DNA of 64,000 nt from Thermococcaceae archaeon (GCA_030156945.1 JASGLT010000010.1:1068-65067); one strand, 5' to 3'; positions 47,552-56,646 are shown, counted from the first letter of the stretch. The notes: generated from the sequence alone by a model not told the origin. Program-made: numbers and translations.

Positions 47552-48661
47552 ATGGGTGTGAAAATGGGCGAGAAAAAGGTGTTAAGCTTCTTCGAAAAGT
47601 ACCTTTCCCTCTGGGTGGCGCTGTGTATAATAGCGGGCATAGCGCTCGGAAAGCTCGTTCCGTCGGTGCCCGAGGCGCTCTCAAAGCTCACGATAGCCAA
47701 CGTCAACATGCCGATAGCGGTCTTAATCTGGGCGATGATCTATCCCATGATGGTCAAGGTGGACTTTTCAGCCATCGGGAGAGTTCACAAGGGGCAGATG
47801 CTTAAGGGGTTAATCGTCACGTGGGTAACCAACTGGCTCATAAAGCCCTTCAGCATGTTCCTCATAAGCTCCTTCTTCATAGGGACGCTCTTCTCCATCA
47901 AGCTGGGCATCATCGAACCGTCGCTTGCCAAGGAGTACATAGCGGGGGCAATACTCCTCGGAGCGGCACCATGCACGGCAATGGTCTTCGTGTGGAGCTA
48001 TTTGGCCGACGGCGACCCGCTTTACACGCTGGTTCAAGTAGCCACCAACGACCTAATAATCCTCTTCGCCTTCGCTCCAATAGTCGGCTTCCTCATGGGC
48101 CTCAACGAGGTTCCCGTTCCATACGACACGCTCCTACTTTCGGTTGTCCTCTTCGTCGTCATCCCGCTGACTGCCGGCTACATCTCAAGGAGGCACATCC
48201 TCAAAACGAAGGGACCGGAGTGGTTCGAGCGCCAGTTCCTCCCAAAGCTGAGCACCCTTTCAATAGTGGGCCTCCTCCTCACGCTGATACTCCTTTTCTC
48301 CTTCCAGGGTAAGATAATCCTCGAAAACCCGCTTCACATAGCCCTCATAGCGGTCCCGCTGACGATACAGACGTACTTCATCTTCGCGATTGCCTACGGG
48401 TGGGCGTGGCTCTGGAAGCTCCCCCACAAGGTGGCAGCGCCGGCCTCTTTCATAGGCGCGAGCAACTTCTTTGAGCTGGCTGTGGCTGTTGCCATAGCCC
48501 TCTTCGGCCTTGAGAGCGGTGCCGCCTTAGCCACGGTGGTCGGCGTTTTGGAGGAAGTCCCAATAATGCTGAGCCTCGTGTGGATTGCCAACAAGACAAG
48601 GGGACTGTTCAAGGCCAAGTTCGAGGCAGGAAGCGCGGCCCCGACGCTTGCAGAGGAGTAA
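47552..48661 (+). CDS. acr3: ACR3-family arsenite efflux transporter
   Basis: 'FEKYLSLWV', 'MIYPMM', 'NWLIKPF', 'APCTAMVFVWS', 'ASNFFELAVAVA', 'VGVLEEVP'. Confidence 0.95.
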   Translation: MGVKMGEKKVLSFFEKYLSLWVALCIIAGIALGKLVPSVPEALSKLTIANVNMPIAVLIWAMIYPMMVKVDFSAIGRVHKGQMLKGLIVTWVTNWLIKPFSMFLISSFFIGTLFSIKLGIIEPSLAKEYIAGAILLGAAPCTAMVFVWSYLADGDPLYTLVQVATNDLIILFAFAPIVGFLMGLNEVPVPYDTLLLSVVLFVVIPLTAGYISRRHILKTKGPEWFERQFLPKLSTLSIVGLLLTLILLFSFQGKIILENPLHIALIAVPLTIQTYFIFAIAYGWAWLWKLPHKVAAPASFIGASNFFELAVAVAIALFGLESGAALATVVGVLEEVPIMLSLVWIANKTRGLFKAKFEAGSAAPTLAEE

Positions 48662-48745
48662 ATGCACTTCATTTCAAATTTTCAATTTTATACAACGCCC
48701 TGGACCTAAGCAAAAATGGAGGATTTATAAACCGTTCTCCAATGC

Positions 48746-49375
48746 TTGTTAGCGGTGGAAGTCGTGAAAATTTACTTCATAATTGCGAAGCTCGCCTCAC
48801 TCGGGGCGGATCTGAGCACGAGAAACGCCGTCAGGATGGCCCTCTCGCTCATAAGCGAGGATGAGGAGCTAACGGACCAGATATACGTCGAGATAAAGAA
48901 CAAGGCCTACAGGGAGGATTTTTCAAAAGTGCCCGTTGAGAAGAGGGCTGTTTTCATCCCCCAGTGCCTAAGAAACGTGAGAGAGTGCCCGGCGAACTTT
49001 GGGGAGTACGGCTGGGAGTGCGTGAAATGCGGTAAGTGCCCCATAGGGGGGATAATAGAGCACGGCGAGAGGCTCGGCTACAGGCAGTTCTACGTTGTGC
49101 CCGGCGGAAGCCTCGTCAAGAAAATACTCAAGGCAAAGGCTCCCAAGGGGGAAATTAAAGCCGCCGTCGGGATAGCCTGCTGGCCGGAGCTGGCAGAGGC
49201 GGCCGAAAAGCTCTCCATTCTAAAGATTCCAATCCAGGGTGTTCCCCTCCTCCGCGCGGGGTGCATAAACACCCTCGTTGACGTTGAGCGCGTGCGGGAA
49301 GTCCTTGAACTGGGCCTCTATGAGCACGAAAAAACTGGAGTAGCCCTCTCCCCTGTCCCGAAGCCGGGGCTTTAG
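48746..49375 (+). CDS. DUF116 family Cys-rich protein
   Basis: 'FIPQCLR...CP', 'CVKCGKC', 'VPGGS', 'GIACWPEL', 'GVPLLRAGCINT'. Start uncertain. Confidence 0.85.
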   Translation: MLAVEVVKIYFIIAKLASLGADLSTRNAVRMALSLISEDEELTDQIYVEIKNKAYREDFSKVPVEKRAVFIPQCLRNVRECPANFGEYGWECVKCGKCPIGGIIEHGERLGYRQFYVVPGGSLVKKILKAKAPKGEIKAAVGIACWPELAEAAEKLSILKIPIQGVPLLRAGCINTLVDVERVREVLELGLYEHEKTGVALSPVPKPGL

Positions 49376-49461
49376 TTTTATAACAATTTTGGCCTTTCGA
49401 TGGTAATTGAAAAGGGTTAAATAACTCCCCCGCGAAGGTTTTAGAGTGCGGAGGTGGTACC

Positions 49462-49995
49462 GTGGAGGCTTCTCCCGAGAGGGTTTGGATTCTCGTAACG
49501 CCCGATAAGTGCAGCGGCTGCAGGCTCTGCGAGATAGCGTGCTCCCTTGAGCACGAGGGGATAATATGGCCCGAGGCGTCGCGCATAAGGATATACGAAC
49601 TCTTACCAGGGATCAACGTCCCCCACACCTGCGTCCAGTGCCCCGATTACCCGTGCGTAAACGCGTGCAACTTCGGTGCCCTCAGCGTGGACGAAAAGAC
49701 GGGCGCCGTTATTGTGAAGGGGGAGAACTGCACCGAATGTGGAGCATGCTTCCTCGCGTGCCCCGGAAACGTCCCGAGGATTCCAAGAGGCAAGGGAAGC
49801 GTCGTCATCTGCGACCTCTGCGGTGGAGAGCCGAAGTGCGTCGAAGTCTGCCACGAGGCCGGCCACGATGCCCTAACCCTCGTGAAGGGCAACTACCGCT
49901 CCATCTACCGGACTTTCGCCAAAGACCCCGTGGAGAAGGGCCTTGACCTCGCGAGGAAGGTCTATGGTGAGGAGTTCGCGGGGGGATCGGAATGA
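49462..49995 (+). CDS. Multi-[4Fe-4S] small subunit of WOR5-type oxidoreductase
   Basis: 'CSGCRLCEIAC', 'CVQCPDYPCVNAC', 'CTECGACFLACP', 'CDLCGGEPKCVEVC'; ATGA overlap with the large subunit. Confidence 0.92.
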   Translation: MEASPERVWILVTPDKCSGCRLCEIACSLEHEGIIWPEASRIRIYELLPGINVPHTCVQCPDYPCVNACNFGALSVDEKTGAVIVKGENCTECGACFLACPGNVPRIPRGKGSVVICDLCGGEPKCVEVCHEAGHDALTLVKGNYRSIYRTFAKDPVEKGLDLARKVYGEEFAGGSE

Positions 49996-51860
49996 AGGGC
50001 TACGCCGGTAAGCTCCTCGACGTTGATCTAAGCAGGGAAGAGGTAAAGGAAGTTGAGCTCACGGAGGAGATGCTGAAGTTCTACGGCGGCAGGGGGCTTG
50101 GAACTTACATCCTGTGGCGCGAGCTCGGTGAGAGATGGGAGAAGGTTGACCCCCTCGGCGAGGAGAACCTCCTTTTAGTCCTCACCGGCCCGCTGACGGG
50201 CTACTATCCCGGAATGAAGACTGCAGTTGTCTCAAAGTCCCCCGAGAGCAACGGCGTCGTTGGGAGCGTTTTGAGCAGCGAGGCGGGAATAGAACTTAAG
50301 GCCGCTGGTTACGATGGGATAATCATCCGCGGCAGGGCGAAGGAGCCCGTTTACCTCCTCATCACCGATGAGGGCGTGGAGATAAGGGACGCTTCAAAGT
50401 ACTGGGGCATGGGAGGGGTCGAGCTCCACAGGACCCTTCTCAAGGAAGTCCACGACGAGCTCAGGAAGAAGTCGAAGCTCAAAGGAATTCCAAAGGAGCC
50501 CGCCATGATGTACATCGGAAAGGGTGGTGAGAATAAGGTCCGCTTCGCGGCTATAATGACGAAGCTCATGCACGCGGCCGGCTACGGCGGCTTTGGGGCA
50601 GTAATGGGGAGCAAGAATCTCAAGGCAATACTCGTCAAGGGTAGCGGGCCACTCCCTGAAGTTCACGACCGTGAGAAGTTCAAAACCCTTCTCCGCGAGT
50701 TCCAGAGGGAGCTCCTAACCCTCACGACCTTCCGTCAGTGGGGAACTGGAGCCGGAGGTTACAGCGTGGGCAAAGACCGCTCAAGCCAGCCCGTGAGGAA
50801 CTGGCAGGAGGAGTACCACGAGGACGAGAGGATGAGCGTTGTTAACTTCGAGCTCAGGGCCTGGGTGAAGAAGTACTGGGCCGACTACGGCTGTCCCGTG
50901 AACTGCATGAAGATATCTTACCTCCGCTACGGGCCCTACAGAGGCTCCATAACGGACGCGCCCGACTACGAGCTTATGGCTTATATGGGCACGAACCTGG
51001 GCATCTTTGAGCCCGAGAAGGTGGTTTACCTCTCCTACCTCGTGGACGAGCTTGGGTTGGACGGCATCAACGCGGGCAACACCCTCGGCTTCGCCGCGGA
51101 ACTCTACCAGCGCGGAATCCTCACAGAGGAAGACATCGGCTTCAAACTTGAGTGGGGCGACGAAAAGGCCTTCGCAAAGCTCCTTGAGCTGATAGTCGAG
51201 AGGAAGGGCATTGGAGAAGTCCTCGCGGAGGGAATCTACAGGGCCGCGAAGAGAATCTCCGAAATGAAGGGAACCGACGTTATGAAGTACGCGGTTCACG
51301 TCAAGGGGATCGGCGTCGGTGCCCACGGGATTAGAAGCGAGCTCGACTACACGAGGGACATAAGCTACGCCGTTTCAGTCCAGGGCGGCGACCACACCTC
51401 TACCGCAGGTCTGCCAGCGAGGAGCTACGAGGGCGAGATGGTTGGCACCTTCTACGACTCGGCGGTGATATGCAACTTCGTCACGAGGCCGGGCTTCGAG
51501 CGCATCCTGGAGTTCGGGAACGCGATAACCGGCTTCGACCTCACTCCCGAGAAGTGGTTCAACGAGAACGGCCTGAGGATAATCCACCTGCAGAGGATAC
51601 TCCTCCTTCTCGGCGGGCCAGATGCCTACTGGACTCCGGAAGACGATGACAACCCGCCGAGGTTCTATGAGCCCCTCCCGAGCGGCCCGCTCAAGGGCAA
51701 AGCTCCAAGCAGGGAGGAGATAAGGGAGAAGGTGAAGCAATACTATCAAGAGATTGGCTACGACGAGCACGGAATCCCGAGGGAAGACCTCCTTGAAGAG
51801 CTCGGTCTCGGGGAGGCGAAGCGCGAGGTGAGGAGGATAAGGACTCGCCTCGGCCTCTGA
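49992..51860 (+). CDS. wor5: Tungsten aldehyde:ferredoxin oxidoreductase family, WOR5-type large subunit
   Basis: 'YGGRGLG', 'SKSPES', 'GAVMGSKNLKAI', 'CPVNCMK', 'DELGLDGI', 'DSAVICNF'. Closely resembles P. furiosus WOR5 as recalled, and has the same small-subunit pairing. Confidence 0.9.
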   Translation: MKGYAGKLLDVDLSREEVKEVELTEEMLKFYGGRGLGTYILWRELGERWEKVDPLGEENLLLVLTGPLTGYYPGMKTAVVSKSPESNGVVGSVLSSEAGIELKAAGYDGIIIRGRAKEPVYLLITDEGVEIRDASKYWGMGGVELHRTLLKEVHDELRKKSKLKGIPKEPAMMYIGKGGENKVRFAAIMTKLMHAAGYGGFGAVMGSKNLKAILVKGSGPLPEVHDREKFKTLLREFQRELLTLTTFRQWGTGAGGYSVGKDRSSQPVRNWQEEYHEDERMSVVNFELRAWVKKYWADYGCPVNCMKISYLRYGPYRGSITDAPDYELMAYMGTNLGIFEPEKVVYLSYLVDELGLDGINAGNTLGFAAELYQRGILTEEDIGFKLEWGDEKAFAKLLELIVERKGIGEVLAEGIYRAAKRISEMKGTDVMKYAVHVKGIGVGAHGIRSELDYTRDISYAVSVQGGDHTSTAGLPARSYEGEMVGTFYDSAVICNFVTRPGFERILEFGNAITGFDLTPEKWFNENGLRIIHLQRILLLLGGPDAYWTPEDDDNPPRFYEPLPSGPLKGKAPSREEIREKVKQYYQEIGYDEHGIPREDLLEELGLGEAKREVRRIRTRLGL

Positions 51861-51880
51861 TTTCCTTTTTGGTGGTTTCT

Positions 51881-52102
51881 ATGAGGGTGAAGATAGTCCT
51901 CTACGGGGAGCACGCTTTGAAGCACGGCCCGAGGCTGGAGCTTGATGTAGAGGAGGGCACAACAGTGGGAGAGCTCCTCAAAAAGCTCGGGATAAGCGCG
52001 GAGGAGCACCACATCCTCGTGAACGAGAGAAAAGTTGGCAAAGATTACTCCCTCAGAGACGGCGACGTCCTCAAAGTCCTCCCCGTCGTCTACGGCGGTT
52101 AG
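51881..52102 (+). CDS. MoaD/ThiS-family sulfur carrier
   Basis: Ubiquitin-like fold with C-terminal 'VLPVVYGG'; follows the tungstoenzyme. Confidence 0.9.
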   Translation: MRVKIVLYGEHALKHGPRLELDVEEGTTVGELLKKLGISAEEHHILVNERKVGKDYSLRDGDVLKVLPVVYGG

Positions 52103-52613
52103 ACTTCCCGAGGAGGCAGTAGTGGTAGGGGTAGAGGCTAAAGGCCTCCACGCTGAAGTGTTTTTCCATCATTTTCCTCGCCTCCTCCTCGCTTATCCTC
52201 TCCTCCAACGGCGGCCCGCGGGGAGTGGGGATTTTCCTCCAGTCGAGCACGAGGACGTAGTCAGCCCTTTCGGCCGCTTCCCTAAGGAATGTCTCGGGCT
52301 CTCGGAGCTCGTGGAGGACGTTGGAGAGGAGTATCAGGTGAGCCTTCACGTCGGGCAGCTCATCCCCGATGATGAGAGTCACGTTAGTTATCCCCTCCTC
52401 CTTAAGCCTCTCCCTAAGGTACTCCAGCCTCTCCGCGTTTATATCGACAGCATAGACCCCCCTAAAGAGCTTCGCCAGCGGAAGCGTAAAGTACCCCGTC
52501 CCGGCTCCAAAATCTACGAGAATGCCCTTTTTGGGAATCCTCTCCCTTATAAGCTCTACCAGAGGTTCAACCGGCTGGATTCTCTTCCTAAACTCGTCGT
52601 GGAGGTGGTGCAT
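52071..52613 (-). CDS. Class I SAM-dependent methyltransferase
   Basis: 'LVDFGAGTGYF', 'AVDIN', 'LSNVLHE', 'DWRK...GPPLEERIS'. Confidence 0.9.
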   Translation of the reverse strand: MHHLHDEFRKRIQPVEPLVELIRERIPKKGILVDFGAGTGYFTLPLAKLFRGVYAVDINAERLEYLRERLKEEGITNVTLIIGDELPDVKAHLILLSNVLHELREPETFLREAAERADYVLVLDWRKIPTPRGPPLEERISEEEARKMMEKHFSVEAFSLYPYHYCLLGKSNRRRRRGGL

Positions 52614-53170
52614 TCACTCACCCCAAAGCCCCTGAAGTAGACCGTCGCGGGACAGCCGTGGCACTTCTTGCCGTAGAGGTAGCAGTCCTTACAGACCTTT
52701 CCGCATGGGGCCACTTCCCTAACGGGGTCGAGCTTGAAGTCCACGAACTCAGGATAGGCTGGAGAGGAGCCGAGAGAGACGTCCATCTCTCTCACTTCTT
52801 CCAGCGGGCGTATCGTGTTCTCTATGGTGGCCTCGAGGGCGGAGTAGTTCTCGGCAACAAGGGCCAGGTTGAGGTTGTACTTTCCAGTCGTAGTTGCCAC
52901 AAAGACCGTTCTGGGACACCTCGCGAAGACATCGGCGAGCCTCTCCGCCTCGTCCATGCTCCTCACGCGGAGGTTCACCACGGCGGAGACGAAGCCCCTC
53001 TTCCTTATGTTGAGGAGGGCCTGAACCTTTATCTCCCCCCTTCTCTCAAGCCGCTCAAGCCTCTCCCTGGCGGAGGGGTGGCTTATCCCGAGCTCCCTCG
53101 CTATGGTTGAGATTTTCGTCCTGCCGTCCTCCCTGAGGATACGGTATATCTTTAGGTCGCGCTCGTCCAT
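52556..53170 (-). CDS. Lrp/AsnC-family regulator with C-terminal Cys cluster
   Basis: HTH 'MDERDLKIYRILREDGRTKISTIARELGISHPSARERL', RAM domain, then 'CGKVCKDCYLYGKKCHGCP'. Overlaps the methyltransferase by 58 bp. Confidence 0.88.
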   Translation of the reverse strand: MDERDLKIYRILREDGRTKISTIARELGISHPSARERLERLERRGEIKVQALLNIRKRGFVSAVVNLRVRSMDEAERLADVFARCPRTVFVATTTGKYNLNLALVAENYSALEATIENTIRPLEEVREMDVSLGSSPAYPEFVDFKLDPVREVAPCGKVCKDCYLYGKKCHGCPATVYFRGFGVSECTTSTTSLGRESSRLNLW

Positions 53171-53253
53171 GGGACCACCTTCATTTTGAAGGCTCTGTCC
53201 TAAATTTTCCTGGGAAATGAATATAAGTCTTTTGAATCCATGGAAAAATTGAG

Positions 53254-53460
53254 GTGATGTCCATGGAGAGGAACGAGGGCAAGATGGACAGGCTTTTGAG
53301 GATAGTGCTCGGGATAGTCCTGATAGCGCTCTGGGCCCTGAGGGACTTCAGGTATGAGCTCGTCGTGCTCCTTATCGGCCTGATAGCACTCATAACAGGT
53401 CTCACGGGGTTCTGCGCCCTCTACAAGCTCCTTGGAATAAACACGTGCAAGGAGTGCTGA
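53254..53460 (+). CDS. DUF2892 (YgaP-like) small membrane protein
   Basis: 'NEGKMDRLLRIVLG', 'TGLTGFCALYKLLGINTC'. Confidence 0.9.
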   Translation: MMSMERNEGKMDRLLRIVLGIVLIALWALRDFRYELVVLLIGLIALITGLTGFCALYKLLGINTCKEC

Positions 53461-53469
53461 GGTGAGAGG

Positions 53470-54171
53470 GTGAAGGGAACTTTCAAGGCGCTTGTAATCT
53501 CGGGGGAGCTGCTGGTAATAGTCAGCCTCGTCATGATGGCGACCGGATTAGCAATGAACAGCCCATCATCAAACCTGGGAAGCATTTTGGACTACTCCAC
53601 GGCAAGGAGAGTCCACACGCTGGCAGCATTCCTCTTCATACCCCTCCTCTACGTCCACGCAACGGCCGGGTTAGCTATTGCACTCAAAAGGGTCAGGGCA
53701 TTGAAGAGCGAGAGGGCCCAAAGGGCAGTTCTCGGGGTGTGGACAGCTTTAGTTGCAGTGGTACTCCTCCTCGCGCTCGTTCCGGGAGGCTCTTCGCCCC
53801 TTCCAGGCTCGGTTTCAGCATCCAACAGCACCTCCGTGGGGCTAACCCTTGAGGAGGTGGCGAAGCACAGCACGGAGAACGACTGCTGGGTCGTGATAGG
53901 AAACGACGTCTACAACGTTACCCCGCTCATAGACACCCACAGCGGCGGCAGGGAGGCGATAATAACCTACTGCGGAACCAACGGCACCGAAGTTTTCTTC
54001 TCCAAGCACGACCAGAGCGCCTACGAGGTGCTGCAGAGCTACTACGTTGGGAGCATTGGAAACTCGTCGCGGGGCTCGTTTGAGACAGGAGCTAAAGGAG
54101 ACAGAGAAAAGGAAAAAAAGAGAGGACGATTAATCCCCTTTACTTTTTCAGCGTTCGCTTGCCTGTTCTGA
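53470..54171 (+). CDS. Membrane protein with His-X13-His helix fused to a cytochrome b5-like heme-binding domain
   Basis: 'RRVHTLAAFLFIPLLYVH'; 'LTLEEVAKHSTENDCWVVIGNDVYNVT', 'HSGG', 'CGTNGTEVF', 'KH', 'YYVGSI'. Confidence 0.85.
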   Translation: MKGTFKALVISGELLVIVSLVMMATGLAMNSPSSNLGSILDYSTARRVHTLAAFLFIPLLYVHATAGLAIALKRVRALKSERAQRAVLGVWTALVAVVLLLALVPGGSSPLPGSVSASNSTSVGLTLEEVAKHSTENDCWVVIGNDVYNVTPLIDTHSGGREAIITYCGTNGTEVFFSKHDQSAYEVLQSYYVGSIGNSSRGSFETGAKGDREKEKKRGRLIPFTFSAFACLF

Positions 54172-55983
54172 GTTTGAGAGCTTTCCTTCTTGGGTTCCGC
54201 TTAGGGGCAGTGAGACAACTCCCAGTTGCCCGTCCTCTATGAAAGCGGTCGCCCTGAGCCCAACGGTTCCATCGGTGTTCAGAACCTTGAAGGCGATTAC
54301 CTTGATTTCCTTGCCTGTCTGGGGGTTCCTGCCCGTGTAGACTTCGAGGAAGACCCTGTCGAGGTAGTCCGGAGCCAGTCTTGTAGTGCTTGGAGCTATG
54401 GATGCAAACCTCGGCTCGACTTCTCCGAGCTCAGCATCTTTAACTCCGGGATCGCCGAGTATCACGGTGGTTCTGCCCTTCGCGTCGGTTATGGCGTAAA
54501 CAATTACCTCAGAGCCAGCTTCTTTGGCCTTCTCCACCGGGAGGGGAATAAACGGCCCGTTTCCAAAGGTTATGTTGATTATTCTCGCCTCCGGGAGCTC
54601 GCCGAAGGGCTTCTCGCCGAACTTGTCCATGAATATTCCTTCGAGGAGGGGGTTTAAGGTGCACGAGCAGAGCTCACTCGGGGTCTGCATCGAGGCCTTC
54701 AACGAAGAGTCCGTTATGGCGCTCTGGAAGGCGTCAAGGGCCCTCTTCGCATCTTTTGTCTCGAAGTGGGTGCTCTCAACCGCCATGTTAAGGTTGACGA
54801 GCTGCTCCGCCAGCTGTTTGAGGTCGGCCTTCATCGAGATTACCGTTACGGTGTAGTTCCCGGGCATTAAGTAGGCCTGCTCAAGCGGGGCGGGGTTGTA
54901 GGGGCCCGTCGTGCCGTTGGTCGGGTCGAAGATAAACGGTGCAAGCTGGGGTGCGGGGCACAATACAGGCTCGTCATCAGCCGGCAGCGGAATCGGTTCT
55001 ATTGTGTTGGTGTCCGGCGGCAAGAGCCTGTAGCAGAAGCCGTCGTCGTCAGCTATTCCAAGGAGGGTGGTGTTTATCGGCGGGATTACCATAATGCCGT
55101 TCTCGTCGGGGGCTATCTCCTTCACAACTTCGCCGGTCTCGGGATTAACGAGCCTGAACTGCGGGCGGTACTTGTTGTGGAACGGAGTCCGATCCCTGTT
55201 GAGGACCTGTATAACTGTCCCATTGCCCGAGGTTGGAACGCCAACTCTCGCGACCGCTATTTGGCCGGCTCCAATCGTTCTTCCGCCCTCGCGGATAGCC
55301 ACCAAAGCGCTTCCGGTTCCGACGTGGTATACCTCAAGGCTTTCCATCCGGTAGCCCCTAACGGCCATCATCTTCTCGACCATTTTCCCGCGGTCCAGCT
55401 TTGATATCTCGCCGTTCGAGATGTAGAAGAACTCGCCGCGCATGTTGTAGAAGCCCGTAATCGGCTCTCCGTTGCTGGCGTTCTCCCAGTAGGCAGTCTC
55501 AACTGCACCCACTCCAACGAGCGACCTCATGTTTAGAGCCTCGTAGTACTTTAACTCAGCTAAGTTTTGGAGGATGTAGACCCTCTTCTCGATGTCGCTC
55601 TCGTTGGCGGCCATTTCAGATAGAATCTTCGCTGATTTCTCCCAGTTCCGGATTTCGGGACTTTCAAGCTCAAGACCGAGCTTTTCAAGCTTTTCCTTCG
55701 CTCTGGCGATTTCCTTGTCGTAGAGCTCGATTAACCCACCAAGCTTCTCCTCATCGGCCTCCCAGCTGGGCTGGGGGTTCGTCTCCGTTGGGGTGCTCGT
55801 GGTTGTCTCTTTGGGCGTTGTAGTTGTCGTTGGGGGTTCCCTGGTTGTCGTTGGTTGAGTCGTCTCTTTGGGGGTCGTGCTCGTTCCCGTTGAGTTTCCC
55901 TGGTCAATACACCCTGAAATGAACGCGCCGAGCATTACGACGCTTAAAAGCAGGGCAAAGCCTGCAAGTTTTTTCGTTTTCAT
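54148..55983 (-). CDS. Lipoprotein with Thr-rich stalk, unknown function
   Basis: Lipobox-type 'FISGCID', Thr/Pro linker, coiled-coil segment, 'TGRNPQTGKEIK' near the C-terminus. Confidence 0.8.
   Translation of the reverse strand: MKTKKLAGFALLLSVVMLGAFISGCIDQGNSTGTSTTPKETTQPTTTREPPTTTTTPKETTTSTPTETNPQPSWEADEEKLGGLIELYDKEIARAKEKLEKLGLELESPEIRNWEKSAKILSEMAANESDIEKRVYILQNLAELKYYEALNMRSLVGVGAVETAYWENASNGEPITGFYNMRGEFFYISNGEISKLDRGKMVEKMMAVRGYRMESLEVYHVGTGSALVAIREGGRTIGAGQIAVARVGVPTSGNGTVIQVLNRDRTPFHNKYRPQFRLVNPETGEVVKEIAPDENGIMVIPPINTTLLGIADDDGFCYRLLPPDTNTIEPIPLPADDEPVLCPAPQLAPFIFDPTNGTTGPYNPAPLEQAYLMPGNYTVTVISMKADLKQLAEQLVNLNMAVESTHFETKDAKRALDAFQSAITDSSLKASMQTPSELCSCTLNPLLEGIFMDKFGEKPFGELPEARIINITFGNGPFIPLPVEKAKEAGSEVIVYAITDAKGRTTVILGDPGVKDAELGEVEPRFASIAPSTTRLAPDYLDRVFLEVYTGRNPQTGKEIKVIAFKVLNTDGTVGLRATAFIEDGQLGVVSLPLSGTQEGKLSNSEQASER
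55783..55891 (-). repeat. Imperfect repeats encoding the Thr-rich linker
   Basis: Plus strand GTCTCTTTGGG at 55805 and 55862, GTTGTCGTTGG at 55823 and 55844 (TTPKETT twice). Confidence 0.7.
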
Positions 55984-56100
55984 CGTTAAACCTTCTTTGG
56001 GTCACGAAGCGGCAAAAAAATCAAGAAGAAACATCAAGTGACCTATAGGTATAGTTAGTCGAGGAGGTTATTAACACTATCGGTTGCATATTGGAAAGAA

Positions 56101-56646
56101 TTAAACGTTTTTGCTTCCGCCTTTCACTGCCACGAGGAAAGTGAAAGCCATCACCAGAGCTATCTCGTATGTCTCTTCGAGCGCCACGGAAGGCCAGTGG
56201 ACGACAGTCCCAAACAGGGCAAGCAGGAATATCAGGATGGAGCCGTACTTAACCTCCCCCTTCTCACTCCCAATACCGTAAATCAGCGCCCCGAGGAAGA
56301 ACTGGACGAAGAAGTACGTCGAGACGAAGACGTGGGGCCTTGTTCCGCCGTGGAAGACTCCTATGAGGGCCAGAAATATCGCCGAGATGGTGATGTAAGC
56401 GCCTCCAACCGTCTGAAGCTTGTTTTTGGCACTCAGAATGAGGTATATGGCAAAGGCGAGGACGAAAAGGGACGTCACTATCAGGCCGTAGTTGTATATC
56501 CACGGCGATGACGCCTTTGACGGGTCGCCGAGGTCGCTGAGAGCGTTGTGGAAGAAGGAGAACCACCCGTTCCCCCTTATGCTCCACGCAACGAATAGCC
56601 AGTAGACGATGCCTCCTGCAATTCCGGAATACCTGAGCTTTTCCAC
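56101..56646 (-). CDS. DUF998 family membrane protein
   Basis: 'WFSFFHNALSDLG', 'IYNYGLI', 'LIGVFH...PHVFVS'; start GTG 56646 is approximate. Confidence 0.85.
   Translation of the reverse strand: MEKLRYSGIAGGIVYWLFVAWSIRGNGWFSFFHNALSDLGDPSKASSPWIYNYGLIVTSLFVLAFAIYLILSAKNKLQTVGGAYITISAIFLALIGVFHGGTRPHVFVSTYFFVQFFLGALIYGIGSEKGEVKYGSILIFLLALFGTVVHWPSVALEETYEIALVMAFTFLVAVKGGSKNV

Noticed and set aside
52556-52613. 58-bp overlap of the Lrp 3' end with the methyltransferase as a programmed recoding event
   Set aside because: More simply explained by stop-codon loss or ordinary overlap; no slippery site evident.
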